Source: Magallana gigas
Lineage: Eukaryota
Assembly: GCF_963853765.1 (NCBI RefSeq)
Contig: NC_088855.1
Coordinates: 51,832,001-51,896,000 of the forward strand
Direction: 5' to 3'
DNA length: 64,000 nt
Position numbers and translations under genes: made by a program. Shown here piece by piece: positions 47,830 to 61,132 of the stretch. The notes beneath the pieces were generated by a model. It searched no databases, was not told the DNA's origin, and saw nothing but the letters and a program-made list of their open reading frames with translations. Within the stretch, counting starts at the first letter, position 1, and each line of letters opens with the position of its first letter.

Positions 47830-48840
47830 TGAATATAGGTATCCCCGAGTACCCAAACTCCGTCACCATAACCGGAAAACAGTCCGCGTTTCTCTGCAAA
47901 TTATTTTTTGCGGTTTTTATCATTTGCAATCACTAAATATAACATGAAATGTTATAATTTATAAAATTATTAACAAAAATATTCTTAATATTATTCAAAT
48001 AAGCCCTCTGAAAACGACGTTTATCACACGTGCTATCATAACTTATGAACCTAACTCCGTCACCCACATGATCTATGATACGCCAGGGAATGAAGACACA
48101 TTAACAATTTAGTTTAAACTCAACTTGTATCTAGACCAAGTTATAATAAGTAAAATCGGTGTAAACAATTTAAATTGTATATCATTTCATCAAAGTGAAA
48201 TGATCGCCAGAATAAAAAAAATTGGTCTTTGTAACAACAATCACAACGACCTTTTCAGAATGTATGGATGTCATTTGATTTCTGTCCTTATATGTTTCAA
48301 ATATATCATATCAAGCATGAATATATCAATGATTATGTTATTTATTTATTACATTTTTAATAAATGTAGCATATTCTATAATTACCGTATATATCTGTAA
48401 CCATGTATAAGGCAAAAATTACGGCATGAGCGATTTGACGTTATCATCAGTGTAGTGCATAAACGCTATTGCGGACTGAAAAAAATGTATCAATAACCGT
48501 AATAAAAAATAAATTACATGTGAAATATTTCATCTTGACCTCTCTTAAAATGACTGACCACAGTAAATAATCGAATAGGCCCGCATGTCAGAAATATCGT
48601 TATTTTAGTGCACCCGTAAAAAGGTGTTAGCTGATTTCACGCAATTATTGTTGCATAAAATGAACAGGGTGTAATTTTGTTATGTTTGAACACATTCTTA
48701 AATTTAACCGTTGTAAATTGTTGACATTTGATTGAAGATTTTTGACATGCAAAAAATGACGTCATAATCGCACTTGATTTCAAACGGCGAGGAGTTTCCC
48801 GAAAGTGACGGAGTTAAGGTAGTGACGGAGTTAGGGTGCT
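47830..48840. mobile_element. Probable DNA-transposon remnant with inverted GTGACGGAGTT motifs
   Basis: AACTCCGTCAC near 47858 and 48053; GTGACGGAGTT twice at ~48806-48833. Termini not identified. Confidence 0.4.
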
Positions 48841-49760
48841 ATGCGATATATGGATTACTTTTCCATGTCAAAAAATTGTTTAATTTTCTAAAAAAAAAAA
48901 AAAAAAGATTCTTCAAATCAATTATATATGACGGCATAATGGTTCTAGCACCAAAAATCAATGCTCCAACTAGGACGATTGCAGCTAAAACTGATACTTA
49001 ACTTTAAAATTGGTCCAGACATGTTGGCTATATTTTCAGATTTAATGTTTTTTGATGTTGTAGGACAAACTTTAGTTACAACAATCCAGTTTTGTAAAAT
49101 ATGGTAACCTAGACGCCATTTTGTTTCCTAATCGGCAATAATAAAATGCGTTGCCACAATCGCTCGCTGGCAACGCGCGTTCTGGAGGTCAGCATTCGGC
49201 GACGAAGGCAACACGGCAAATCCGGCTATGCCGGTTAAATGGATGGCACCCTAGATCTTGACCTTAATTATTTTATTGATTACTAAAATCACTCATTAGA
49301 CAAAAAGGATCTAATAGAAATTTTGGCGTCATATCACGGCCTTTATTTCAGTTCAGATTTTTTAAATTTAAAAATGATCAAAGTAACAAAATTTTTCTTT
49401 ATTAGAGTACTACATGTATATATCGCCAGTGCATTGTTACGTCATTTCGCATATCATTTTATGTGATGATAAAATGACGTAGCATTGTACTCTGCATTGT
49501 TACGTCATTTTTCGTATATGTTATCTGATGACGTAACAATGCACTGGCGAGAAATGGTCATTGGCGAAAAATCGTCATATGCCAGTATATAGAAATGAAA
49601 TGAAAAAACAATTTGCAACCCAGGCCAGTGATCGCATTCTGAAATTTTAAAACCCGAATCAAAACTTCAAATGTAATATTTACATCTACCGAGTATCATT
49701 CCCTCTGTTTCTAATGGAAACTTATAATTCATAGTTCTATATATTGAAACAACCAAACTT

Positions 49761-50240
49761 AAATCTACATACCCCGTTTATCGATTAGTGAAAACTCACA
49801 ACGACTGAAACAAGCTGACCGGAAACTGACAGGACTGAAATCTACATGCCCCTTTTATCTATTGGTGGAAACCTATAACGACTGAAACTAGATGACAGGA
49901 AACTGACAGGACTGAAATATACACGCCCCGTTTATCGCTTGGTCGAAAGCTACAACGACTGAAACTAGCTGACAGGAAACTGAGAGGACTGAAATCTACA
50001 CGTCCCCTTTATCGATTTGTCGATACCTACAGCGATCTACGAAACGTCACGGACTGCACGAAATAATCATGATGATGTCAGACTCAAATTGATTTGCCTT
50101 ATTCTTTTTGCTAGCGGGTTGTGAAGGTAGCGATTATTACAGAGAAAATTTACATAACCCACTAACTCGGGTTATGTATTTTTTTGCAATGTCGCCACCT
50201 TTTAATATACCGCATGAATCACCAAAGAAAGCATTTTATT
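49761..50240 (+). repeat. Tandem 77-bp units (about 3.7 copies) plus conserved tail and hairpin; member of a dispersed family
   Basis: AAAT(C/A)TACA landmarks at 49761, 49838, 49915, 49992. Relatives at ~50640-51010, ~56600-56950 and a fragment at ~42370-42420. Confidence 0.8.
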
Positions 50241-51458
50241 GTTTGGATATAAACAACACTCGCGCATAAATATTCAGGACACATGGACCATGGGCACCTG
50301 ACGTAATATATTTTTCTTTTAATAAAAAAATACCCCTGATATCAATTTTGTTCTTACTACCGGAAAATATATAACGCCATAAATGCATGGCACAAGATGA
50401 TTCTATAAAATGTTTAACATGTAAGTTTATCTTACATGAAGAGACAGAGGTTAGCCAACTGAGAAAATCAAGCCTGCTCTTTCTAAAGAATCTATACAAC
50501 TTACTGTATTTTCTTTATTACATTTACATATACTTGGAATCCTTGCCTATTTTTGTGTTCATTTGTATATATTTACATCTACCAAGTATGATCCCTCTAT
50601 TTCTTACAAATACTTTAGTTAATTCGTAGCTCTATAAAAACAAACAGGACTGATATCGACACGCCCCTTTTTCAATTGGTCGAAACCAACAACGACTGAA
50701 AGCAGCTAACAGAAAACTGACAGGACTGAAATCTACACGCCCCATTTATCGTTTGGTCGAAACCTGCAGCGACCTAGGGAAAAATCACGGACTGCCCGAA
50801 ATATCAGGATGATGTCAGACTCAAATTCCCATAGGAGACGATTTGTTTGTTTCGTTTTGTAAAATATTTTCTTAGATGATTCATGCCGGTTATGAATGTA
50901 GCGATCATTGCAGAAAAAATTACATGTAACCCGCTCACGCGAGTAATGTATTTTTTTCTGCAATGTCGCCACCTTCATATACCGCATGAATCTCCAAAGA
51001 AAGCATTTTATTGTTGAACACGAACCTCATATACCTATGAACTGGTCTTGTGTGAATAAAGAATTGAGTTTATTCATGTTTAAAATTTTTAGTTCGGTTG
51101 TTATATATTGCATGTGGGGTGTTTTTCGCATTCAGATTGGTGTCATGAAACGAAACGATATATACCCATATATATACTGTGTAGCGACAACACCAAACTA
51201 TGGTATTCTAAAATAAGTAAACAATTTATCAAAAAACAACATCTCTTTGAGGTGTAAACTACAACAACATAAAAGTAATTAATTTAAGAACAAACAACCA
51301 TAACATCAATAGCACTTCCATACAAACTGCTGCAGTTAATTAATATGATGTATGAACACATTAAATTATTCAACGGCTGAGCCAGCCATTGCCTAAAGAA
51401 CCTTCATCATTAAAAAAAGTTATATAAAAAAGGGAATCATCCAACTCCTTCATATGCT

Positions 51459-54400
51459 CTATCCACTTGATTTGTGGACTTCGTCAATGTGGTTCACAAT
51501 GGCACTTGACGTGGCAAAGTCCATGCCACAGAAGGAACACTGGTACTCGTTACTCCTGTGCTGAGTCTTATGGATCTGTAAATGCCATTTGGACATGAAC
51601 TTTCGATGACAAATGTTACATTGCACAATGCCTTCTAAGTCTACTGACTCGTGCGTCTTCAAGTGTGTCAAGTACTTTTTCTTCCCAGTACATTTATACA
51701 GACACAATGAACACTCAAACCATTTACCATCTACAAAGTTGATTTTTCGCTTCCATCCACGAGAACTCTCCGATAGAGGGCGTTGTCTAGTATTGGTTGA
51801 CCTTTTACGAGCACCTCTTCTCTTTTTCTTACGACTGATTTTCTTTTTCTTATTGTAATATCTCGACTTCCAGTCTCTCTCAAAATCAGAAGCAGAATCC
51901 GAGCTTGTTTTCGACTGTGAAGAATCGCTGACCTCTTTGTACTTACTGCCCTGACGTGCGGGGAGTCCGTTCTCTGCCTCGCCTTCGTTGTTAGTGTAAT
52001 CGGACGCATCATCTTCAGCAGTTTCTGTACTGGAGCAGTCCATTAAATCCTGGGCTCGGTGAATGGGCGGAAGCTCAACGCTCTCGTCCTCGTCCGTCTC
52101 AGACACACGCCTGAAAGTCTGTTTTCGCCTGTTGTTCTTGACCACCTCAATGTTTGATGTTACCGGTTTGAATTCAAAATCTGCCTTTATTTCTGATGCA
52201 CAAAAAGTTTGTTTTCGTTTATTTTTATTCATTTCTGAATCATGTTTATTTGGTGAAGTTGTACTAGCATTAGAAGATTCTGGACTGCCTAGTGAGTTTG
52301 GTTGAATTGGTTGTTTTGTAATTATAGAAACGAAATTCCGTGTTACTTGTAATGGTCGTGCATAGTTGTGCATGTGGGGTGCATCATTAACTGTTGTTTG
52401 AACTCTACTTGAACTCTGTGTATTCTCAATGGACGGGATTTTTGACGTGAGTGGTACAAGTTCCATCCTAGGCTTGGGAGTTGCACTCCTTTGGTTTCGC
52501 AGTTTGGTGTTCTTTGACGAAGTGCTGGACCTATTACCGTCACCAACTTGAACACTTTTCCGCAGCATCGTTTGGATACGGTCTTGTACAAGAGCAGAAA
52601 TGTGTTGTGCGCTTGTAAACTGTTCGTCCGCTGCAACGCTTGTAGCCTTTACTAGTATAGGTACTCTAGGAGATAGAGATCTAACCTGTTGATTGGTTGT
52701 TTCAACATCTTGTGTGACAGGCGGTGATTCCTGAGTAGCTTTGGACTTATCAACCTCCACTCGAAAGACATATTTCCCTTTCATATGAAGTGTCATGTGA
52801 TGCAGAAGATATTGGGACGTTGGAAACCTCGAAGAACACATCCCACATGTAAAAGGCACCGGATCTTCAACAGTATCAAGTGCAGAGTTCGTTTTCTCAT
52901 TAGCCTCTGTGTCTTTTACTATAGTTCTGTTATCGAGTTCTTCTCTTTTCATGATTTTCTTAGGATTCTTGGTCTCCAGAAATTTACGATGTTCATTTTC
53001 ATGCGGAAGAAGTTTTTCCATACTTAAGAATGGTATTCCACAATACTGACACTCTAACAAATTGTAGGGATCTATGTCTCGTGTTTCTGGGGAAAAGTGG
53101 TCAAATAAATGACTCATTATCTTTCCAATGTTAGAACAATTCACATTGTGAAAATTACACCCACAAAAAGCGCATTCCAATTTAGAATCTGTCATTTCTT
53201 CTTTGTAAAATTCACCTAGATGTTGAACAATGTGAATTTTGAGATTATCCAAAGACTTGTATTTCGAGGTGCAGTATTTACAGAAAACATCGGGATTTAC
53301 GGATCGTTGGTGAGTTTCATCTGTTCCTTTATTTGCAACGTCTTCTAGGTTTTTAGTGTTTTCCTCTATTTCTTCCTTCCATTTTCTTTTCTCGCCTTTA
53401 TGTTTCTGCATATGAACTGTTAATTCGGCTTTCTTAAAGAACCATTTAGGACAATGGCGACACCTAAATGTTTGGTGAGATATACGGATGTTGTAATCTT
53501 CTTGTAGTTTCGCTATCTTTTCTAAACCACTTTCTGCAGCAAGTGATGCCTTGGTGGCTCTGCGTGGCCCTTTTCCACGATATTCTGTCTTCTCATGATT
53601 TTCTTCATCCTCTAAATTGCACAATGATTCGTTTGTCCTAACCTTTTTCATCGGACTTTCAATGGTTACATTTTCGTTCTCGCCTGTGATCTCGGGTATT
53701 AAGTTCTTCTTTGACTTTCTTTTAAATTTTCCGCTTTTTTGGTAGACGATTTTCCCTGAATTATTTGGTAATACATGTTTGTTTCGGATGTGACATGCCA
53801 GACTCTGTTGTTTATCGAATATTTCATCACAATAGCCACAAGCATAGGTGAGCTCTCCATTGTCTTTGGTTTTGATCAAAGTACATTTTTTCGTGAATTG
53901 TTTGGATTTGTGCTGATTTTTTTCGATTGATTTAACTTCACCAGTTTTACATACTTTGTATTTCAGGGCATCAACATGCCTCGTTTTGACATGGATAGCC
54001 AAATCTTGACATTTAAGAAAATTTTTCCCACAATGTCTACAAGTATATTTTTTATTATGTAATCGCAAAATATGTAACTTAAATCGTGCTTTGGTCGATA
54101 TAATACAGCTACAGAATAAACATTTGAACTGGCCATCCTCTCGAAGTGTATATGCCGCCATCTTGTCCTTTTTCTCAAGTTCCTCACCGACATCGTCACT
54201 GTTAAGACGGGAATTGTTTTCAGTCTCCAAGTTTGGTAGAGAATTGAAATCGTCAGATTTTACGGGTTTGAAAATGCTATCGTCGTCGGCTTTAATAAAC
54301 TCCTTTTGACTATTTGCTTTCATTGTCTTTTTCATTCTTCTCCTTTTCTTTGGTTGAGGTGGGCCATTTGTTTTGGAGGCCTTAGCTTTCGCCAAAGCCT

Positions 54401-56142
54401 TTCTATCTCTGAGAGATCGCGATGTGATGTTGTTTTCGCACACGTCACTATCATCCTGAGCGTGAGGGAGGTCCTGAGAAGTGTTCTCGGGTCGTTCTGA
54501 GAGGGAATAAACGTTTTCAACGACCAAACAGGTTTCGTTTTCTTCCAGATTTATTAAAGGATTGGAGTGAGGTGTAGAGTTACTTTGCTCGGTGCAGGCT
54601 TGACCACCGGAAGGTACATTATCTTTACTGTTCACCGATTCACGGACTTCTGCTTTCGCTATTGTCTCGTTTTCATTTTGATGAAAATCAACACTTTCAC
54701 TTCGTACATCAGTGATAAGAAGCGTACATTCATTTTCACTGTTCAAACAAAGATGGTCCTTTTCAATTGATTCTATTTTATCTCTTTTTTCACAAGAATA
54801 AACACCATCGGTTGGTTTGTCATGCATAACTTTGGAGCAGTCCTCGTTACTAACAATTTGTGATTCTTTACCATTAGATTCCATACTATTAAAAAGTTCT
54901 CCATCTTGAAATTCTTCCGATGGAAATTTTGTCGCATTCCTTTCACTTTCGACATTGGATTCTGATTTCACAGATTCCACTGAGCCTTGATTACATTCTG
55001 AGTGGTCGCTGTCGGATTCACTCTCTTGTCCGGTATTTTCGGAGACCTCATCCGAATCTTCGCTATCCACAGAAGAAGCATCAGACTGGTCATCCTCCCC
55101 TGATGAGGACTCCGGGTCGCTACTCTCTGTATCCGATGACGAGAGATCCCTCTCAGACGACCCAAGGGGATCCACTGCAAATAGTTTCTCTGCCGCTTCC
55201 TTCAGTTCTACAGATAATTGGCCCATGCGCTCGGTATTTTCTTTTTCCATATCGCTTGATGTGTCTTGTGTGGCTTCTTTCTCTCTGTGTTCTAGATTCT
55301 GTACGACTGATTGGCTTTCCCTGGGTGGTGCGTCGTCTGACGTCGTCTCTCCTTCTGGGGACCCACATGGTTTCACTTGAAACAACTTTTCCGCGGTTTG
55401 TTTGAGTTCCACGGATAAGCGGTCCACAAGTGAGTCAATATCCGCCGGAAGCTCGGGAGTGTTCAGTGTACTCTCTGGAGATTAAAGACAAAAAAAAATT
55501 AATATATTTAGTTTAGTGAGATGGCAAAGAATTCAGTTTTGTCAATCTAAATTAAAAAAAAAAGATATATCTTAAATAGTTACTGGTGAACAGAATTTTT
55601 GAAGCGTGTGTGTCTTTTTAACTGTGATAAACAGGCAGTTACATGTATAAGAAATTATACAATTATACATAATTAGAACCTTTAAACAACAAGAGAAATT
55701 ATTAGTATACAAAATTATTATTCAGTTTATTTCAAAACACAGCTATGCTTTAAACTATCACCATTATATAAATACTGCCTGTCATTTTGAGCAGCAGGCT
55801 AAAAAAAAGACCTCTCCTTCAGATAAACTGAAACATTTGACACTCGATCAATCAAAAGTTCAGACATCGGACTAATAAGAAGTTTATAGAAATCAACTCC
55901 CTGAACTTGTTACTCAACTTTCGATATTTGTGTATTGACCATCACTACTTTTTAGGGGGAGGGACACCCCCCCCCCCCACGATTGGTATCTGTGTAAAAG
56001 AAAACAAAATAGATATTTATTCGTCTGTATACATGTACATACTTTCCGCTGTATTTGGTTGACTCAGGATCTGCGTAATTTCATTGTCGTACAATTCGTC
56101 TTCAAGGGACCGGAAGTCTATCTCTGTTGACTCACTTTCCAT
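51459..56142 (-). CDS. Large multi-C2H2 zinc-finger protein (about 1371 aa)
   Basis: Exon 56142-56043 (MESESTEIDF...), phase-1 intron, then a 4016-nt exon 55474-51459. Ten canonical C2H2 fingers plus one atypical, acidic N-terminus, basic NLS-like tract near the C-terminal fingers. Probable non-coding exon ending 57609. Confidence 0.93.
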
Positions 56143-59100
56143 CTTAATTCCAGTTACAAATGGAAGGTCATTTTTTACCTAAACAAAAATTTTAAAAAAA
56201 TTGCGAGATCAATGTTTACGTCTAAATTAAAATAACTGGGAAATATACTTAAATAACAATGAATAATTAAATGACCACGGAAAAAATGATACATGTTTCT
56301 ATATTGTAATTTATGAAAACTACTGAGTTTGCCTTCTGTAATAGTTGTTTGTTTTTTTTAAGCATCCAAATAAGAGCGCATTGATGAACAGAGGACATAC
56401 CGAGTAAATTCATATCCGGTACATTATATCTGACGTGTATAATGTTATTATTCAGTATTTAGGCCCACTTATGCTCATCTGAATTTTTTCATTTTATTTC
56501 TACAATGGATACAGAAGATGATAATATTTTTAAACTTGTGTCTCTGCACAACAAGTAAGTATATATTTACATAGATCTGTAATAAAATCTTAGCTTTATA
56601 GAAAATGACAGGATCCAGTTCGAACCAGTTTATCGATCGATTGAAACCTACAGCAACCTAAGGAAAATTACGCACTAAGCAAATTAATCATGATGTCAGA
56701 CTCATTTTGGCTATTTCTTTTATCTATCATATGGTGTACATTAACAATACATTTAGTTACTTTTTCTAACTCTTTTCAATCAATTCATGAAGATGAAAAT
56801 ACATGTATAAACAATAACATTGGTTCATGCGGGATATGAAGATAGCGATCATTGCAGAATTCTTTTTACACAATCCGCTAACGCAGGTTATGTATTTTTT
56901 GACGAGTCGATACCGTCATATTCCGCATGAATCATAAAAAACCCAACATTTTGTTGTCAAATGCATATTTACAACGCAAGAATAATTCAAATTCACTATT
57001 ATTTACGAGTTAAAGCTCACAGGGGTGTATCTTCTTATTTTATTATTACGAGACCGTATACTTCGCGGTGCAGATTCAGAAATATTTTGTCGGAGAAGTA
57101 TGTCGGCATTTCCGTCCATCTAAATAATTTCTACGAAAACGACCCAAATTGAAGAAATGTTAATTTTACTATATATCGACTGTTCGCTATTGCGGTACTT
57201 TTCACTTTCATAAATCACACAGAGCCTTCACGCGCCTCTGAAGAAAAAATAGGACATGCGCTTATCAAGCAGAACGGTAGAACTTCCGCAAAGCCGTTGA
57301 CGTCAATATTTTGATCGTTAAATTGTATGTTGACAAAATCTGTCATAAAAGAAAATAAACGTATATGAAGAGACCATTTTATTTTACATGCCGTACATTA
57401 TACATTTATTGCATTATTCAATGCGATCACTTTTTGTCATCGCAAGACACCGTCGCCTGATAGGCGTATAGGCCTGCATACATCCTTCCCCGATCGCCGA
57501 CGCACTTGTTTACATATTTGTGACAGCGCTACATGAAGCATTTTGCAAAAGCTGACAATTATTGGTTTGAAAATATCTTCGATAAATATACCTATCGTAA
57601 AAATTTACCTGAATATTTCCGAACAAGCGAGTATTCCGGCAAATCGGTCACTGTTCCCCGTATTTTGCGAGCGTAAAATTTGTCAATCGCTGCTGCTTTT
57701 CACGGGAAGTAACTCGTGGTAGACTCTGCAGAGGCGAAGCACGGGGAATCAATGCCAAATGCTCTTTAATCCTGCATTCATTCTATATCCTTGTTTTTAA
57801 CTGTTTGTGCGCTTAATCTTATCACCTAAGATATTGCTTAAGTCTTGGCTGTTTCACCAGCACATGTGCTGATCAAGAATTTTTCCTAGAGGAGGGGGTG
57901 GGGAGAGATAATTTTGTTTACCCATCCGATGGGAGGGGATCGGAGGCACATTTTTGGTAGCTTTACTATATATCTGAATTCTCCCTTCTCCCTTGATCAA
58001 AAATAATTTGAATGTAAATATGTTACCAGAATTATTTAAGAAATTTCGTTGAAGGCAATTTTTGAATACAGATTTGTTGATTGGCAAATTAATTGGTCAA
58101 CTCGATCACTTTATTGATCAACAAAATTATAATTTCTCATTACGATTTAAAGAGTAAAATAAATAAACAACAAAACACAGAGTAAAAGGAAACTAAATAC
58201 ACGTACAATTAATGCATGAATGAAGTTTGGTACCGTATATATGCACCTATAAAATTTCATTCTTTTATTTGCATAGCAAAACAAATTTTATGTAAAATAA
58301 AAGCAAACCACAATGCACTATAAACATGCATAATGTGCAAATGCGGATCCAAAAAAAAAATTTCCAGGGGGGAGGGGGTGGGGGTCCAACGGTTATTTGA
58401 GTTTATGTTTTCCAGGGGGAAATTGTGGAAATTTTATATTGTAAATTTGTAAAAATCTGAATTTGCAGGGGGTGGTCCGAACCCCCCTCCCCCCCCCCCC
58501 CTCTATATTCGCGCATTTGCATGGTTCTACTGGGACTTCAATCTAAGTGTTTTGGTAAATTATCAGGTAAACAGAATATATAGGGACCTTCACCATGTGA
58601 TTTATCAGTGTAGGGGTATCATGAATTTGAAAATGACGTTTGTCACTAGAAAACAAAATTGGAATTAGGAAAAGTCAATGGCAGAAAATTTTAGAATTGT
58701 CACGGACAAACAGAAGTGTGAGGAGGAACGGGGCCGGGAGGGTTAGTGTCGGTGTAAAACATGCAACCCCCAACCCACCCCCACCCGCCCCTCTGCATTT
58801 ATAGAGTCTGTAGAATTCCGATGGAAAGATGTAAATTAATTCATTTACTTTTTAAAAATTTATATTATATCAATTTAAAAAAATCATAGCAGCATTAGTA
58901 GCATGGCATACAGGCGCCACTTAGAGTGTTGATAATACACCCTCATTTTTCATGAATTTAAAAGAAAAATGCCGGGGCAATTTGTTAAAAAAAATAAATT
59001 AAGTTATATCATATCCAAATTTCGATTAATGTAATCTTCATACACGTTTGGTAATTTTGAGAGACTGCACTGTCTTCTACTATAATAGAACCGGCAATAT

Positions 59101-59906
59101 GAAACAACCGCATTTATATTTTAGAGAAATCTAGCTAATAACTGTGTAAGGAAGAATCTTGGCGAACTGTGCTGCAAGTCAGAGAGATGAGATATTCATA
59201 TGCAAATTAGTTCAGCTCACATCCCATGAATTTATTTATCTATCTTTTGTTTATTTCTCACTTTCAACTTGGTAGAATGAAACTGTAGACTGTATTGATC
59301 ACGTGAAATGGGTTTATACAGAAACACTATGATAACATTTAGGCCTATTTTTCACAAGTTATTTATGCCTCTGGTTTATTATTAATGGGTTAACTAAAAA
59401 AAAAGATTTTGTGCGGTTGGTTAGAAAATGATCTCAGTAAAAAAATAGTTGGGCAACTATGCCAAAAATATAATAAAAAATATATGAAAGCCTTAACTAA
59501 TAACAATACATGTATTATAAACTCACTTTTTTATCATTTGATCATGTAAAATTTTCTTTCCGGGAATAAATTATCCGTTTTGATATTACTGCTCAAAAGA
59601 CCTCTTCCGGTTTTGAGTAAGAGAAAACGTCAACTTCTGAACTTCAACTTGAACTTTAGGCTTATTTCACTCCTTCTTCCCTACATTATTGAAATTGTCC
59701 CCATCTACTGAAAATCCGTAAAAAATGGGTTAATGGACGATTACATGGAATATCTAACGATCAGAGGAATTACTTGAACTGAAAGCTCGAAAGGTAATGT
59801 ACCAATTCATGTAATCTTATCAGGGATTCTGCTGAAATTAGGGCGCATAGCTACCCTTTTGACTACCCAGCTGCTACACTATAAACTACTTTTTTTAAAT
59901 TATAGA

Positions 59907-60329
59907 CAGGCACGTAGCATCAGGGGGGGGGGGGGGGCAGGGGGGGCTTGGCCCCCCCACTTTTTCTCGCAGCAACAAATTTTTAAAAATTTACATATTA
60001 AAATATGAATTATAATGGAGTTGGCCCCCACTTTTTGGAAGTAAGTAAAAAATTGATATGAAAATAAGGGAATGAGGAGTCAAATTGAAGTTACCTCCCA
60101 CCCCCCCCCCCCCCCCCCCACGGATTAGGAATTCCATGTTTTAGAGGGGAAAAAATTTAGGTAGAGAAGAATTTTTTTTGGAATAGTTTAGTCACACCCC
60201 CCCCCCCCTCCCCCCCCCACGGATTAGGATTTTGAAGATTTTGGGAACTTGAAATTATTTTTTTTTGCTTGTCAAGATTTTTTGGATGGGTTTGGCCCCC
60301 CCACTTTCAAAAACAATGCTACGTGCCTG
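59907..60329. mobile_element. MITE with 14-bp TIR and G/C homopolymer tracts
   Basis: CAGGCACGTAGCAT...ATGCTACGTGCCTG, with ATAGA on both flanks. Confidence 0.8.
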
Positions 60330-60909
60330 ATAGATATAAATCTTATGGTGAAAAACAAAAACAACCTCTCTATAATCTTATATAACTTGAACTGTGTTAA
60401 AATTGATATTAAATTTTACTTTCTGAAATTTATGTCATAAAAATGTTAAAAATGGGGTCCTTGCAATACTCCCGATGAAGATTAAATTTGATCATGGACC
60501 ATCCTACATGTTTTAGCAGTATAAAAAAAAAACCCAGACCAACAATGGGGGTTAAAATGCACTGGTGTATGAATTTAGATATTGTCATTGTAATATCTGA
60601 TACATGGCAAAAACTCAAAAAATATAATATCAGATGTTAGGATGTTGGTGTTTAAAATGATATTAACATCATTATCTAATTGTTGAATTGATTCTTTCAT
60701 TAAGAAAAAAAGAGAAACAGCAATTCACACCATGAGCTGAGGACCCAGCAGACTAAGTTACCCCCCCCCCCCCCCTCCCAGCCCCCGCCTTCCCCCAACA
60801 AAAAAATTAAACAAATTTTCACCAAATGATGATAGTGCTTCTGTAACAAAAACACTGTAACAGATATTTTATACTCTATTCTATCAGTGTGATAATGAAT
60901 GAAATAATC

Positions 60910-61132
60910 AAATGTTGAATGAACCAAGAATTGCGAGTGCTAATACTGACGTGTAAATAACGGTCTGTTAATTCATACTTAACATAATAAAAAAAATTTC
61001 ATAAATAGATTGTTAAATGTTGAATGAACCAAGAATTGCGAGAGCTAATACTGACGTGTAAATAACGGTCTGTTAATTCATTTAACATAATAAAAAAAAA
61101 TATGTAAAGATTTTCATAAATAGATTGTTAAA
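60910..61132. repeat. Tandem duplication of about 105 bp
   Basis: Copies start AAATGTTGAATGAACCAAG at 60910 and 61015. Confidence 0.85.

Noticed and set aside
49761-50050. CRISPR-like appearance of the 77-bp units (also 29975-30075)
   Set aside because: Units are similar along their whole length with no unique spacers, there are no cas genes, and the context is eukaryotic.
51613-55405. Many short ORFs overlapping the zinc-finger exon
   Set aside because: Alternative-frame and antisense shadows of a long, GC-richer coding exon.
58340-58517. Target duplication for the degenerate CATGCGCGGATC-type MITE
   Set aside because: Termini are mutated and the apparent TGCA match is palindromic, so it is uninformative.
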